Source: an uncultured Methanomicrobiales archaeon (GTDB lineage: Archaea > Halobacteriota > Methanomicrobia > Methanomicrobiales > Methanospirillaceae). From it: a stretch of DNA of 64,000 bases. The translations under genes and the position numbers were made by a program. Location of the stretch: positions 224,001 through 288,000 of the forward strand of contig OY969100.1 in assembly GCA_963697895.1 (NCBI GenBank). Reading direction: 5' to 3'. Below, piece by piece: positions 41,461 through 52,472 of the stretch. A model generated the notes under the pieces. It was not told where the DNA came from, did no database searches, and saw only the letters and a program-made list of their open reading frames with translations. Position 1 is the stretch's first letter. Every line of letters starts with the position of its first letter.

Positions 41461-42249
41461 ATGAAACCGCGGGTACTCCTCACCAATGACGATGGCATTA
41501 ACTCCGCCGGGCTGTGGGCGGCGTACGAGGCGCTCACGCCGATTGCAGACGTGACGATCGTCGCACCGGCGACCCAGCAGAGTGCGGTCGGGAGATCGAT
41601 CTCGATCTTCGAGCCGATCCGGGCGAACGAGGTCGTGTTAAACGGGGTAAAGGCATGGGCGGTCGGGGGAAAACCCACCGATGCGGTGATAATCGGCCTC
41701 TATGCCCTGAAGATCGCACCGGATATCATCGTGAGCGGGATCAATATCGGTGAAAATCTCTCCTTTGAATCGATCATGACCTCGGGGACCGTCGGAGCGG
41801 CTCTGGAGGGGGCAAACCAGGGTACCCCGGGGCTTGCATTCTCCCTGCAGGTCGAGGACCAGGGGGACAAGTTCGACGACCCCCGGCACCACGGGCAGAG
41901 TTTCAGGGCCGCACAGCGGGTCGTCCGGGAGATCTCCGGAAAGGTCCTTGCCGAAGGATTTCCCCGCAGCGCCCACGTGATCAACGTGAACATCCCTTCC
42001 CGCGTGACCGGGAGCTATGAAGTCACCCGGCTCGCGGGCAAGCTCTTCATGACGGGTGTCGAGCGGCGGCTCGATCCCCGGGGGAGACCGTACTTCTGGA
42101 TCAACGGACCGCTCATCGAGGATGCGGAGGAGGGGACCGATGTCCACGCGATCCGGAAAGGCAACATCTCGGTGACGCCGATCACGCTCGACTGCACGGC
42201 GTCCCGGGCCGATGCGGAGCTCGCCGCGATGTTCCCCCCGGATGTCTGA
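41461..42249 (+). CDS. surE: 5'/3'-nucleotidase SurE
   Basis: LLTNDDG, VAP..QQS, G.PTD, SGIN.GEN, SGTVGAA.E, DPRGR.Y.W. Confidence 0.96.
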   Translation: MKPRVLLTNDDGINSAGLWAAYEALTPIADVTIVAPATQQSAVGRSISIFEPIRANEVVLNGVKAWAVGGKPTDAVIIGLYALKIAPDIIVSGINIGENLSFESIMTSGTVGAALEGANQGTPGLAFSLQVEDQGDKFDDPRHHGQSFRAAQRVVREISGKVLAEGFPRSAHVINVNIPSRVTGSYEVTRLAGKLFMTGVERRLDPRGRPYFWINGPLIEDAEEGTDVHAIRKGNISVTPITLDCTASRADAELAAMFPPDV

Positions 42250-42506
42250 CCAGGCCCGGGAGAGAACGATACCGGTAAACGAGGTTAGTACCTGGTACCG
42301 GTGACTGTCTGGTACACAGGCATTGACCCTGTATCTGAGAAATCGTATCTTTTACGGGATACGCGGCTGAATTCCTTTTTTCATCGGATTTTCAAAGCTT
42401 GATATCAGGAACATGACCCCCATTTTTCCGGGTTTCACGGATCCGGTCCCGGGGCACCCGGTTACCGAGCGGTATCGATAATACTGCGGGCTCCCATAGT
42501 CTCATC

Positions 42507-43211
42507 ATGGACAGGCAGGCGACGGAGCGGGCAAAGAAGGACGCGGGATACCGGGCGGCAGAGCTGGTCGGGGAGGGGATGGTCATCGGGCTCGGGACCG
42601 GTTCGACGGTCGTGTATGCGATGGAGCGGCTGGGAGCCCGGATCGCGGAGGGGGCAGAGGTTACGGGGGTGCCGACCTCCTACCAGGCGGCCATCCGGGC
42701 CCGGGAATTCGGGATCCCGCTCACATCGCTTGATGAACACCCGGTGCTCGACCTCGCGATCGACGGTGCGGATCAGGTCGATCCCGACCGGAGGCTGATC
42801 AAAGGGCGGGGTGCGGCGCAGACGCGGGAGAAATGTGTGGCCGCCGCGGCAAAACACCTGGTCATTGTGGTCCATGCATCCAAGATCACGGGAAGACTCG
42901 ATGCGCCCGTCCCGGTCGAAGTGATCCCGTTCGCCCTCACCCCCGTGAAGGAGGAGATCGTGCGTCTCGGGGGCCTTCCGGTCCTCCGGGAAGCGAGCGG
43001 TGGAAAGGATGGGCCGGTCGTGACCGATAACGGCAATTTCATCCTTGACTGCATATTCAAACATATCGGAGACCCGGGAGCGCTCGAGCGGGAACTGGAG
43101 ATCCTGCCGGGGGTGCTCTGCTCGGGGCTCTTCACCCGGTATGCCGATAAAACGACCGTGGTGATCGGAGAAGCTCACGGGACCCGGTTGATTCCGGATC
43201 GGGAAAAATAG
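42507..43211 (+). CDS. rpiA: Ribose-5-phosphate isomerase A
   Basis: GLGTGST, IDGAD, IKG.G.A..REK, PVEV, TDNGN. Confidence 0.96.
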   Translation: MDRQATERAKKDAGYRAAELVGEGMVIGLGTGSTVVYAMERLGARIAEGAEVTGVPTSYQAAIRAREFGIPLTSLDEHPVLDLAIDGADQVDPDRRLIKGRGAAQTREKCVAAAAKHLVIVVHASKITGRLDAPVPVEVIPFALTPVKEEIVRLGGLPVLREASGGKDGPVVTDNGNFILDCIFKHIGDPGALERELEILPGVLCSGLFTRYADKTTVVIGEAHGTRLIPDREK

Positions 43212-43516
43212 GAAGCTCCGATCCTAAACAAGGGGGATTAACCCGCCCGTGAATGCCGGATCATGAAAAGAGAAGATCCGATCGTAAACAAGGGGGTTAA
43301 ACCCGCCCGTGAATGCCGGATCAGGAAAAAAGAAGCTCTGATCGTACACAAGTGGTTAAACCCACCTATGGATGCCGGATCGGGAAAAGAGAAGCTCTGA
43401 TCGTACACGAGTGGTTAAACCCGCCCGTGAATGCCGGATCGGGAAAAGAGAAGCTCTGATCGTACACGAGTGGTTAAACCCACCCATGAATGCCGAATCG
43501 GGAAAAGGATAAGCTG
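43189..43516 (+). repeat. Tandem repeat ~59-60 bp x5.5 starting in the last codons of rpiA
   Basis: TGAATGCCGGATCGGGAAAAGAGAAGCTCTGATCGTACAC.AG.GGTTAAACCC(G/A)CCC; first copy is TGATTCCGGATCGGGAAAAA-TAG. Confidence 0.93.
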
Positions 43517-43587
43517 ATCTTCAGCAGCAGAAGAGAACCCGCCCGGAGAACCCGGAGTGCAGTCCGGGTCCGCGGGGCAGGGTTGTT

Positions 43588-43962
43588 TCAGCTGATGTGG
43601 TCCCGCAGCTGCTGAATGAGGGCGAGCTGGTTGTTCGCCTCTTCCCTTTTTTCCCGTTCGATCGTATCCATAATCTCCCCGATCGGCTGGGAAAGGTGAT
43701 AGATCTTAACCGGCCTGCCTTTGTTCTCCGCCTTGTTCTCCCGGCTCTCCACCCATCCCTGTTCCATCATATGGGCCATCGCGATACTCACCTCGGGTTG
43801 CCGGAGATCGGTGCCCCGTTCGATCTCACGGGATGTGGCTTCCGGGGTGTGCGCAAGATAGACGAGCACCTTCGCCACATTCCGCCGGATCCCGATCTTT
43901 ATCAGGAGATTGGCGAACTCCTCCTCTGCCGCGGTAAAATACAACACGTTCTTGGATTTCAT
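43588..43962 (-). CDS. Winged-helix transcriptional regulator
   Basis: ATSREIERGTDLRQPEVSIAM, GRPVKIY.L. Confidence 0.85.
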   Translation of the reverse strand: MKSKNVLYFTAAEEEFANLLIKIGIRRNVAKVLVYLAHTPEATSREIERGTDLRQPEVSIAMAHMMEQGWVESRENKAENKGRPVKIYHLSQPIGEIMDTIEREKREEANNQLALIQQLRDHIS

Positions 43963-44076
43963 AAGTCACGTCCAGGTACAGCTCTATAGATTCAAAATGG
44001 TTATATAAAAATATTTTTATGCTGATCCCGCCATGCATTCATACCTGGTGCGGGGCGGAAATCCCGGGCGGGCGTT

Positions 44077-44637
44077 TTAGAGGAGCCCGAGGTTCTTCAG
44101 GTCGGCCACGATCTTCTGGACCGCTTTCCGGGCGTCTTCCGGTTCTTTCCCCCCGGTGATGATCAGCTTTCCGGAGCCGAAGAGGAGCACGACCACTTTC
44201 GGGGTCTCCAGCCGGTAGACCAGACCCGGAAACTGTTCCGGCTCGTATTCGATCCGGTCGAGGTTGAACCCGACCGCGATCTTATTCAGGTTGATCCCGG
44301 CACCGAGATCAGCAGAAGTGACGATATTCTGAATTTTATAGGTGAGTTTCGACGGGATATCTATGTCGAGCCCGCGAAGGAGGTTTCCCAGGATCTCGAG
44401 CCCTTCCGAGAGGCTCTCGATGCTCTTCGCACCGGTCAGGACCACCTTTCCCGAGCCGAAGACAAGGGCCGCGATCTTGGGGTTCTGCATCCGGATGACA
44501 ACGCCGGGGAACCGTTTCTTATTATATTCAGCGTCCTTTATCTGGGATGCAAGCGTGGGAAGATCCAGATAGTCGGTCACTTTCGCTGAGGCGACGATAT
44601 TTTCAATCTTGAGAGATTCCTCTGGCTTGACCTTCAT
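44077..44637 (-). CDS. tbp: TATA-box binding protein
   Basis: Two repeats: IENIVAS..FPG..FGSGKVVLTGAK and IQNIVTS..YEPEQFPGLVYR..FGSGKLIITG. Confidence 0.96.
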   Translation of the reverse strand: MKVKPEESLKIENIVASAKVTDYLDLPTLASQIKDAEYNKKRFPGVVIRMQNPKIAALVFGSGKVVLTGAKSIESLSEGLEILGNLLRGLDIDIPSKLTYKIQNIVTSADLGAGINLNKIAVGFNLDRIEYEPEQFPGLVYRLETPKVVVLLFGSGKLIITGGKEPEDARKAVQKIVADLKNLGLL

Positions 44638-44825
44638 ATTTATAAATGCCCCAAGACAGTATATAAAAAATTGGGTGCTGCATATAAAGACGGGGGATAC
44701 CGGGGAGCCCACTCTCCGGGTGTTTGATCACATCTGAACAAAGGCTTGGTATTCGCCGCGGGAGGCACAATCCCAATCTAAAAATGGAATAATACGTTCT
44801 CCCGACCCTGATCGCTCCCGTCCTT

Positions 44826-45593
44826 CTAATTAATCGCCATGTTCACGACTCTGTATTCGAGGGTATACTTTGCATCCTGAACCGAACTTACCTCCCATTT
44901 AAACTGATGGGTGTGAGTATGTGCAAGGTCGAAATCATCGGAGATATAGAGTTCAAACGAGTCCAGCAAATCATTTCTGTACTGGTCCTGTTCCCATAAC
45001 TGGATCGATGCGGCGCGATCTATGGGGATGAGCCTCCCGCCCTCCAACGAGTAGGTTTCGCCTGTCTTTACGTGATCGTGAGACCATACCCTCTCGCCAT
45101 TTACCGTAATAAACACTTCATCTCTGGTTTCCTGGGCATCATTGCATCGGAGGGAGACGAGCCGTAGGGAATATATATTCCTGAGTCGATCGCCCTCGTC
45201 ATCGGTGACGTCATAAAATATACAATATCTCCTCGCCGAGCCTCCGCCTCTCATACCCTCGTGATGTGGCAGATACACGTTGAATGATCCCCTTGGATGA
45301 TCGGCCATTATCTGGAAGCTGCCGATAAAGGGATCGATACCGCTCATCCCGAGGCCTGCCGTATCTGATTCATGCAGCAGTATATTAAAAAACTGATTCG
45401 ACGGGCAACTCAGTTCCAGATCTATCGGGACACTCTGGCCGGCCCACATGTGGACCGGCCCCCATGACCGTTCCCCCCGTGTGGTAGCCCCTTCAAAGGT
45501 AAAAATTCTGAGATAGGGTTCTTCCGTACTTTCTGCTGAACCCGTTCTCTCACAAAAGATTGATTTCAGTGTTAATCTCATTCTTTCCCCCAC
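44826..45593 (-). CDS. Hypothetical protein with two internally repeated beta-sandwich (C2-like) domains; lower GC
   Basis: L.L.S..C....E...E.Y/F....G.R.W.......G....I.L.E.D...D..I/L.SF.I/L occurs twice. Confidence 0.7.
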   Translation of the reverse strand: MGERMRLTLKSIFCERTGSAESTEEPYLRIFTFEGATTRGERSWGPVHMWAGQSVPIDLELSCPSNQFFNILLHESDTAGLGMSGIDPFIGSFQIMADHPRGSFNVYLPHHEGMRGGGSARRYCIFYDVTDDEGDRLRNIYSLRLVSLRCNDAQETRDEVFITVNGERVWSHDHVKTGETYSLEGGRLIPIDRAASIQLWEQDQYRNDLLDSFELYISDDFDLAHTHTHQFKWEVSSVQDAKYTLEYRVVNMAIN

Positions 45594-45903
45594 ATATCCG
45601 ATTCATCTCATCGCCAGAATTACTCCGGACCGGGCAGTGATCGGATGATAAACTACTCACTTCTGGAAAACAGATAAGACTATGCCCGTAGGTTAAAGAG
45701 TTTATTTGCATGGGAAAAAGAGGATGAAATCCCGAAAGGATGCGGTTTTACCAGATCGGGTTCTGGCCCCTGCCTCTCCGCGATCACGATCTTTCCGGAT
45801 TATCCCAGGGTAATGGATAATAATAAGTATTTTATATTTGTGAGCTATCTCTCAACATCTGCAGGTGCCTTTTCATCTGTCAGGCACCTGTTGTGAGGTG
45901 TCG

Positions 45904-48900
45904 ATGATGCTTTCTGATGTACGTTGGGTACTTATTGCCAGTATTCTTGTGTTGTGGGCGGGTTTTACCCTGCCTGTCGGGGCAGTCCCGTTTGAGATAG
46001 TCGCGACCGCGGGTGATGGCGGGGCGATCAGCCCCAAAGGGCCGGTCGATCTGCCCTATGGCGGAAACATCTCTTTCAACATCACGGCCGACAGCGGCTT
46101 CTCCGTTGCCGAAGTATTGGTGGACGAGGATTCTGTGGGGGCGGTGTCGTCTTACACGTTCCCCAATGTGACTGCGAACCACACCATCCATGCGGCGTTC
46201 CAGCAGGGCGGGCCGGTCTTCTTCCAACATGACCTGGGGGACGGGTGGAACCTCTTCTCCACGCCCATCCTGCTCATGCCCGGGCACGATACCCTGGGAA
46301 CGATCTTCAGTCCGGATGAGCAGCAGCAGATCGAGATCTTTTATGTGTGGACCGGCTCGATATGGAATATCGTCGGGTACGACTACCAGCTCCTTCCCCT
46401 CAACGTTGTTTATACCAAAGTGGACGGCGGGGCTACCGCCCTGATCCACCCGAGCACCGCGGTGTCGGGGCTGCCCACACGCCCGATGCCCCAGGGCGTC
46501 TCCGTCATCGGCCCCGCCCTGGCGTACAACGCCACCAGTGAAGGGTTCGACACTATGTCCCTCGAGCAGGCGCTGGCGAGCATCAGGGAGGCACCAAACG
46601 GTCTCACCGGCTATTCCATTGTGGTAAGCCCCGGCCTGAACCAGCCCGGCTGGGTCTACGCCCTGGGTGGTTCCACTCAAAGTATCCAGCCATTCCGGGG
46701 GTACTGGGTGGTAATGGAGAACTCCGATCTCAATCCGGGGCTGGTAGGGTTCAGCACCACCCCCGTCTCAGCGGCCCAGGGCGGGGAGGAGGTCATCCTG
46801 CTGGAGGCCGGTGACGCGGAGGGAGTGGACCAGATCCTCGATCTGGATGACAACACGAATGCGGTCTTCGGGGCTGCCCGGGGGCTGATGGTCGACGGCA
46901 CCGAGCTCTTCGTGGTTCGTTCCTTCAGCGGGCTGAACGGCTCTCTCTGCTGGACGGCCCGGTACGACCAGGGTGCCGGCGAGAACGCCGCCACCGCCGT
47001 GACCGCGAATGACAACCTGGTGGTCGCCGGCGGGTACGGCGATACGTCCGGCGGTGACCAGCTGTTGCTGGTGCGGGCGTATGACCCGGACAGTGGAAGC
47101 TTCCGCTGGAATTATACCTACGACCGTGGGGGAGGGTCAAACGAGGTCCATGCCATGGCCTCGGGAGACGGCCTGGTGGTGGCAGCCGGGTCTGGCCGTG
47201 ATGCGGCCGGTGACGATGCCTTCCTGGTCCTGGCGTTTGACCCTGATACCGGGGCACTCCTCTGGCAGGACGCGTTCGAAGGTGGTGGCGGGGAGAATGG
47301 CGCCATGGCGGTGACCGTCAGTGATGACGGCGTATTTGTCGCAGGTTATGACGAGACCGCCGCTGGTGACCGGGAGTTCGTGGTCCGCGGATATGACCCC
47401 GCATCAGGGGCCGTCCTGTGGACGGACCGGTTCGATCACGGGGGCTACTGGGATGGCGCAGTCGCCATCGCAGATATGGACGGCATGGTCTTTTCTGCAG
47501 GAGTTGGGGCGGACGAGGATGAAAACGCCAACCTGATCGTCCGGGCTTACGACGCAACCTCGGGGGACCTCGTCTGGGAAGACATCCGGGGGGACGGCTC
47601 GGCCGCCAGTACCCTGGACGCCTTCGGCGGCCAGGTGTTTGTGAGCGGAGTCGAGGCGGGTCCTCGGTTCGTGGTCCGGGCGTATGACGCGGACACCGGG
47701 GATCTCCAGTGGTCGGACGCCATTGAGAAGGACGGGGGATTCAACTTCGACACCGCCGTGGACAGGGAGGCCGGCATGGTGACCTTCTCCGGATTTTCTC
47801 AGTCCTTTACGCCTGAACTCGATTACACCTGGAACGTCACGGTACGCTCCTATAACCCCCTGACCGGCGAACTGATTGCCGAGACCGAAAGAAACGGCAT
47901 CGACGGGAGGAGTGCGGGGACAGACATGATCATTCATGAGGGCCTGTCCGACCCTGTCTTCGTTTCGCTGGGTCTTGAGCCGGAGGAGGAAGGAGGCCAG
48001 CTTCTCACAGCCACCACAGCGGGGACCCCCCACGTGCAGGTGGAGGGGAGGAAGATCCTCATCGACGGGAGCCAGGTATTCCTGAAGGGTGTCGACTATG
48101 CCCCGACGCCCATCGGCGGCAACCCCGCGTACGTGCCTTTCGGGGACTGGTTCCAGGACTACTGGATCAGCATCCCCCAGCGGGACGTGCCCATCATGCG
48201 GGACATGCACGTCAACTGCATCCGGCTCTACGGTCAGACCGCCTTCCGGTGGGACGACCCGCAGCGGAACCTCATCTCACACGAGAAGTTCTACCGGCTG
48301 TTGCAGCAGAACGGCATCTCCGTCTTTGGCACGGTATACACGACCACCGACAACATCCTCACGTTCGACCCGGACAACTGGCAGAACAATATCTGGATGT
48401 TGCAGTGGATGGCGCTCATCAAAGAGGGGAACCAGTACCCGGCGGTGATCGGGTGGACGGTCGGCAACGAGCTGAACCCGGAGAACCTGCGGAGCAGCCC
48501 CTCCTACTGGACCAAGTATAACCAGGTGATAGGCCTCGTGAAGGGCGCCAGCCCCGACCGGGTCACCCTCACGGCAGTGGTCGACGACTCGATGATCACC
48601 CCGGCCTTTGCCGACCAGTACCTGACCAACCTGGACGTCTGGGGGATCAACTCCTTCCGGGGCCGGATCGGCACCCTGGCGAATCCGTTCGATCCGCCAG
48701 CTTCCGCCTTCGACAGCCTCTTCCTGACCTTCTCCAACGCAAGCGCCAAGCCGCTGATCATCACCGAGTGGGGGCCGTCCGCCTCGACCCGGGATGGCAG
48801 CTCGACGGTCCTCCTCCCGGAGAACGCCAAGGCAGTCGCCGATTACCTGGAAGTGCACTGGAACCGCAGCCCCAGCACCTATCCGGGATGGGGGAGCGAT

Positions 48901-49167
48901 GACATCACGCACAGCCAGGGTGTCTGCTCCGGGGCGGTGGTCTTCTACTGGAGCGACGGCTGGGAGAAGGTCGCCCCGGTCTGGCAACACGACCCGAACA
49001 ACGATCCGAAACCCGAGTACCCGGGCGGGTGGGACGACCAGGAGTGGTACGGTATAAACGGTGTTGCGGTGAATAACCGGAACCCCATGAACCCGGACCC
49101 CGGTAAGCCGGACCTCCTCTCTGCCCGTGCCGCGTATGGACGACTGCAGGCACTGTGGGCGACCTAG
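45904..49167 (+). CDS. Secreted multidomain protein: InlB B-repeat-like, GWN-STP domain, beta-propeller, clan GH-A glycoside hydrolase
   Basis: Signal peptide; VRAYD..SG.L.W repeats; LKGVDY.P, NCIRLY, WTVGNE (acid/base), WGINSF, LIITEWG (nucleophile). Confidence 0.85.
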   Translation: MMLSDVRWVLIASILVLWAGFTLPVGAVPFEIVATAGDGGAISPKGPVDLPYGGNISFNITADSGFSVAEVLVDEDSVGAVSSYTFPNVTANHTIHAAFQQGGPVFFQHDLGDGWNLFSTPILLMPGHDTLGTIFSPDEQQQIEIFYVWTGSIWNIVGYDYQLLPLNVVYTKVDGGATALIHPSTAVSGLPTRPMPQGVSVIGPALAYNATSEGFDTMSLEQALASIREAPNGLTGYSIVVSPGLNQPGWVYALGGSTQSIQPFRGYWVVMENSDLNPGLVGFSTTPVSAAQGGEEVILLEAGDAEGVDQILDLDDNTNAVFGAARGLMVDGTELFVVRSFSGLNGSLCWTARYDQGAGENAATAVTANDNLVVAGGYGDTSGGDQLLLVRAYDPDSGSFRWNYTYDRGGGSNEVHAMASGDGLVVAAGSGRDAAGDDAFLVLAFDPDTGALLWQDAFEGGGGENGAMAVTVSDDGVFVAGYDETAAGDREFVVRGYDPASGAVLWTDRFDHGGYWDGAVAIADMDGMVFSAGVGADEDENANLIVRAYDATSGDLVWEDIRGDGSAASTLDAFGGQVFVSGVEAGPRFVVRAYDADTGDLQWSDAIEKDGGFNFDTAVDREAGMVTFSGFSQSFTPELDYTWNVTVRSYNPLTGELIAETERNGIDGRSAGTDMIIHEGLSDPVFVSLGLEPEEEGGQLLTATTAGTPHVQVEGRKILIDGSQVFLKGVDYAPTPIGGNPAYVPFGDWFQDYWISIPQRDVPIMRDMHVNCIRLYGQTAFRWDDPQRNLISHEKFYRLLQQNGISVFGTVYTTTDNILTFDPDNWQNNIWMLQWMALIKEGNQYPAVIGWTVGNELNPENLRSSPSYWTKYNQVIGLVKGASPDRVTLTAVVDDSMITPAFADQYLTNLDVWGINSFRGRIGTLANPFDPPASAFDSLFLTFSNASAKPLIITEWGPSASTRDGSSTVLLPENAKAVADYLEVHWNRSPSTYPGWGSDDITHSQGVCSGAVVFYWSDGWEKVAPVWQHDPNNDPKPEYPGGWDDQEWYGINGVAVNNRNPMNPDPGKPDLLSARAAYGRLQALWAT

Positions 49168-49494
49168 ACCCTCTCTTTTTTTATCCCCGCCTGGTTCGGT
49201 CTATAGTATTTTTGCATGTCGTTGTGGCCACATTAGATATCCCTTTTTCTTATCCCACGACAAAGGAAGGATAAAACTGCCAGAGCGCCGCATTTCAGCG
49301 TTTTCGCATCAAAAATACTTACTACGCCGTGGTGACAGGAATGTGGTCGTCGAGCTCATAGGGTCGATGTCTCTGACTCCAATACCAGAAAAAAAGGAGT
49401 GCCCTTGGCAAGTAACTCTCGCCGTACGAAGAACTCAGCCACTTGACAGAAGGTGCCTGTGAAGAAAGGAAGAGTGGAGAAGTACGGCTCTGAA

Positions 49495-49804
49495 TTAATC
49501 GGTACTGCCGCCACGTGTGGCTGCATGTGGTGCAGCGGAAGAACCGGACCTCGCTCTCGTCCGCCGCCCGGAGCTGGCGGAGCCACCAGAACGCGAGGTT
49601 ATTTTCACATTTGGGGCATTTTATGGCGATCGTGGGGAGTGTGAACGGGGCGTCTTCCTCCACGATCACGATCTGCTTCTCATTGCCCCGGGTCGTCCGG
49701 GTCATCTGGTCATCGACACGGATCTTCCGGATATATCCGCACTTCCTGCATTTGAGCTGGCCGGCAGAAGATATCATGAGGCTGTTGCATTCGGGGCAGA
49801 ACAT
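49495..49804 (-). CDS. tfs: Archaeal transcription factor S (1-bp insertion just before the stop)
   Basis: MFCPEC..CRKCG...CPKC....QLRAADE..RFFRC..C.HTWRQY; removing one base gives YD*. Confidence 0.92.
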
Positions 49805-49939
49805 TCGATCATACGATGCGTGAGCAAACAAGATTAACCCTCGTATGCGGCTAACTTTGTCAAAAACCGCTCCCACCGGGTTATCCCACCCTGCCGCATC
49901 GCAATGCTTTTTTTCCGATGCTGTCACACGCATACCGGG

Positions 49940-50755
49940 ATGAAAGAATACCTGGTACTCGTTTCATGCATTTTTTTCATTGGATTTCTTATCCCCGGAC
50001 GGTACCGGACATACTTTGCGGCAGCAGGCTGGACGAGCGTCGTTCTCCTCCTCTTTGCGGGAATACCCGAATATGCCTCCCTGAATAATTTCCTTTACCC
50101 GACGCTGGCGGTCCTTTCGGTCCCGTTCCTCCTGATCACCATAAAATATCTTCTCCGGGGAGACACCCGGGTGATCCAGCTCTCCATGGCGGCAGCGGTC
50201 GCGTTTCTTATTTATGCACCCTTTGAGTTCATTTCTCCCCTTGGGAACGGGTTGATCTCCGTCGTCGTCGGGCAGACCGCCTGGCTCATCCAGGCCGCGG
50301 GCTACCCGATGACGTTCGAGGCCTGGAACATGGTCGCCCGGAACGGGTTCCGGACCGAGATCATCCTCGCCTGCACCGGTATCCAGGCGATCGCGATCAT
50401 GCTCGGGGTCGTCGCCGCGGTACCGACGACATCGCGCCAGAAGATCCTCGGATTCCTCCTCGTGGTGCCCCCGATCTATATCCTCAACCTTGCCCGGAAT
50501 ACGGCGGTCATCATCGCGTATACCGAGCAGTGGTTCCCGTATCTCCCCGCGATCGCGGGAAACGGGGAGTTCGGGTACGAGAGCTTTTTCTGGGCCCATA
50601 ATGTCGGTGCCGAACTCCTCGCGCTGGTGCTCCTGGTCGTCATCGCCTATGCCCTCTTCCGGATGATACCCGAACTCGGAAATCTCGCGGCCGGGCTCTA
50701 CGATCTGTACCGGGGAGAAGTGGTGCAGTTCGTCCATCGACGGCCACCGGAATAA
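49940..50755 (+). CDS. artA: Archaeosortase A
   Basis: IILACTGIQ, IYILNLARN, SFFWAHN; multi-TM. Confidence 0.92.
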   Translation: MKEYLVLVSCIFFIGFLIPGRYRTYFAAAGWTSVVLLLFAGIPEYASLNNFLYPTLAVLSVPFLLITIKYLLRGDTRVIQLSMAAAVAFLIYAPFEFISPLGNGLISVVVGQTAWLIQAAGYPMTFEAWNMVARNGFRTEIILACTGIQAIAIMLGVVAAVPTTSRQKILGFLLVVPPIYILNLARNTAVIIAYTEQWFPYLPAIAGNGEFGYESFFWAHNVGAELLALVLLVVIAYALFRMIPELGNLAAGLYDLYRGEVVQFVHRRPPE

Positions 50756-50929
50756 TCCGGTGTCCGGGGTTTTGCGGGAATCCTGTTCTTCCAAAAAAAT
50801 ACAGAGTGGCGGAACCTGCCCATTTGGGATCTGCCATGCGTATCGTCTGTACCGGAACGTTTCCTGTACCAGCATCTCCAAAAACAGGCAAACCTGAAAA
50901 CCTTTTTTACCTCTTCCCGGAAGCGGAGA

Positions 50930-51567
50930 TCAGGAGAGCCGCCGGTACAGGTAGAGAACCCGTTGCACCGCCGAGAGATTGGTGCAGACGGCGATGATGA
51001 TCACGGAGAGCCAGATAATTCCGGCAAGACCACCGATGATGAGCACGAGGATCGTCTCCGGTCTGCCGAAGAAGCCGATCCCCTCGAGAGGGTCGTCGAT
51101 CTTCCCTTCCACCCGTTCCCGGTAGCCAATCTCGGCATACACGACCGGCTTGATGAAGGTGTTCATGAGGGAACCGATGATCGCCAGCGCCACCACCCCG
51201 AAGTTTGCGATGGGGGGAGGGGGATGAACTGGGTGATGATCGGGATCCCGGAGAGACCGATGCCGAGGAGGACGAACGCATCGATGTACTTATCCGTAAT
51301 CCAGTCAAAGACGGCGCCGAAATCGGTCTGACGGTTTATCTTCCGGGCAACGCTGCCATCGACCAGGTCGAGCGTCGCCGAGACGAAGAGAAGGAGACTT
51401 CCGATGATGAATGCGGTCTCGAAATAGAGTACGGCGCAGAGGATACCCGCGAGGAGGGAGAGCAGGGATATCTGATTCGGCGTAATCTTCAGTCGTATGA
51501 ACACGTCTGCAATGGGCTCGATATACCGGGATAGCTTCGGCCGGAGTGCAGTAATGTTCATGGGCAT
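50930..51567 (-). CDS. CDP-alcohol phosphatidyltransferase (frameshift in a C-homopolymer near 51212)
   Basis: TPNQIS, DLVDGSVAR...FGAVFDWITDKYID, GFFGRPET. Confidence 0.9.
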
Positions 51568-51758
51568 AGTACATGGGATGCCCTTCCTTAATAGTTGTTC
51601 AGTCCCCGTCGGGATGCTGTTTCCGCGTTTCCGGCAAGATCCGTTCGGTGAAGGGTCTTTTCCGGGCTCAGGTACGAACCGGGATAATTACCGGATTTTC
51701 CCGCGTGGCGAACCTCTTTATTCCCAAAGAAAGATACCCCTAACCAGGAAGGAGAATA

Positions 51759-52472
51759 ATGCCAGATTCCGGGCCCAGGCCGCACGTGCTGATGATGTCG
51801 GAGATCACCGCGGACGGAAAGCTCACGCTGAAGAAAGGAGCCTCGAGCAAGATCCTGATGAAATACATGGCCCCCGAGACGGAGGTCCTCCTCCACGAGA
51901 CCCGTGCACAGTACGATGCGATCATGGTCGGATCCAACACGATCCGGATCGACAACTCGTTCCTCACGGTCCGGGCCGTCCCCGGAAAGAGCCCCCTCCG
52001 GGTCATCCCGAGCAGCCGGGCGGATATCCCTCTCGATGCGAATGTTCTCGGGCCCGGTGCCCCGACGGTGATTGCGGTTGCCGAGACGGCGCCGTTCGAA
52101 CGGGTGAAGGCCCTGCGGAACCGCGGGGCGGATGTGGTCGTCGCCGGGGAGAAACAGGTGGATCTCACCCGGTTGATGCGCATTCTCTCGACGGAATACG
52201 GGGTCGAGCGGCTGATGATCGAGGGGGGGCCGACCCTGAACTGGCATATGCTCCACGCCCGGCTCGTCGACGAGATCCGCCTGATCCACCTCCCGTTCAT
52301 CGTCGGCGGAGCGGATACCCCCTCCCTGGTCGGTGGCATGCATATCGATGCCGAAGAGGAGATGATCCGGCTTTCCCTGAAGAATTTCTATCTCTGCGGG
52401 TCCAACCTCATCACCGAGTACGACGTCCTCTACACGGGATCGGAAAAGGCATCCCAAATAGCACATTCCTGA
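51759..52472 (+). CDS. RibD C-terminal/dihydrofolate reductase-fold protein
   Basis: TADGK, DAIMVGSNT..D...LTVR, LMIEGGPTLN, LVDEI. Confidence 0.88.
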   Translation: MPDSGPRPHVLMMSEITADGKLTLKKGASSKILMKYMAPETEVLLHETRAQYDAIMVGSNTIRIDNSFLTVRAVPGKSPLRVIPSSRADIPLDANVLGPGAPTVIAVAETAPFERVKALRNRGADVVVAGEKQVDLTRLMRILSTEYGVERLMIEGGPTLNWHMLHARLVDEIRLIHLPFIVGGADTPSLVGGMHIDAEEEMIRLSLKNFYLCGSNLITEYDVLYTGSEKASQIAHS

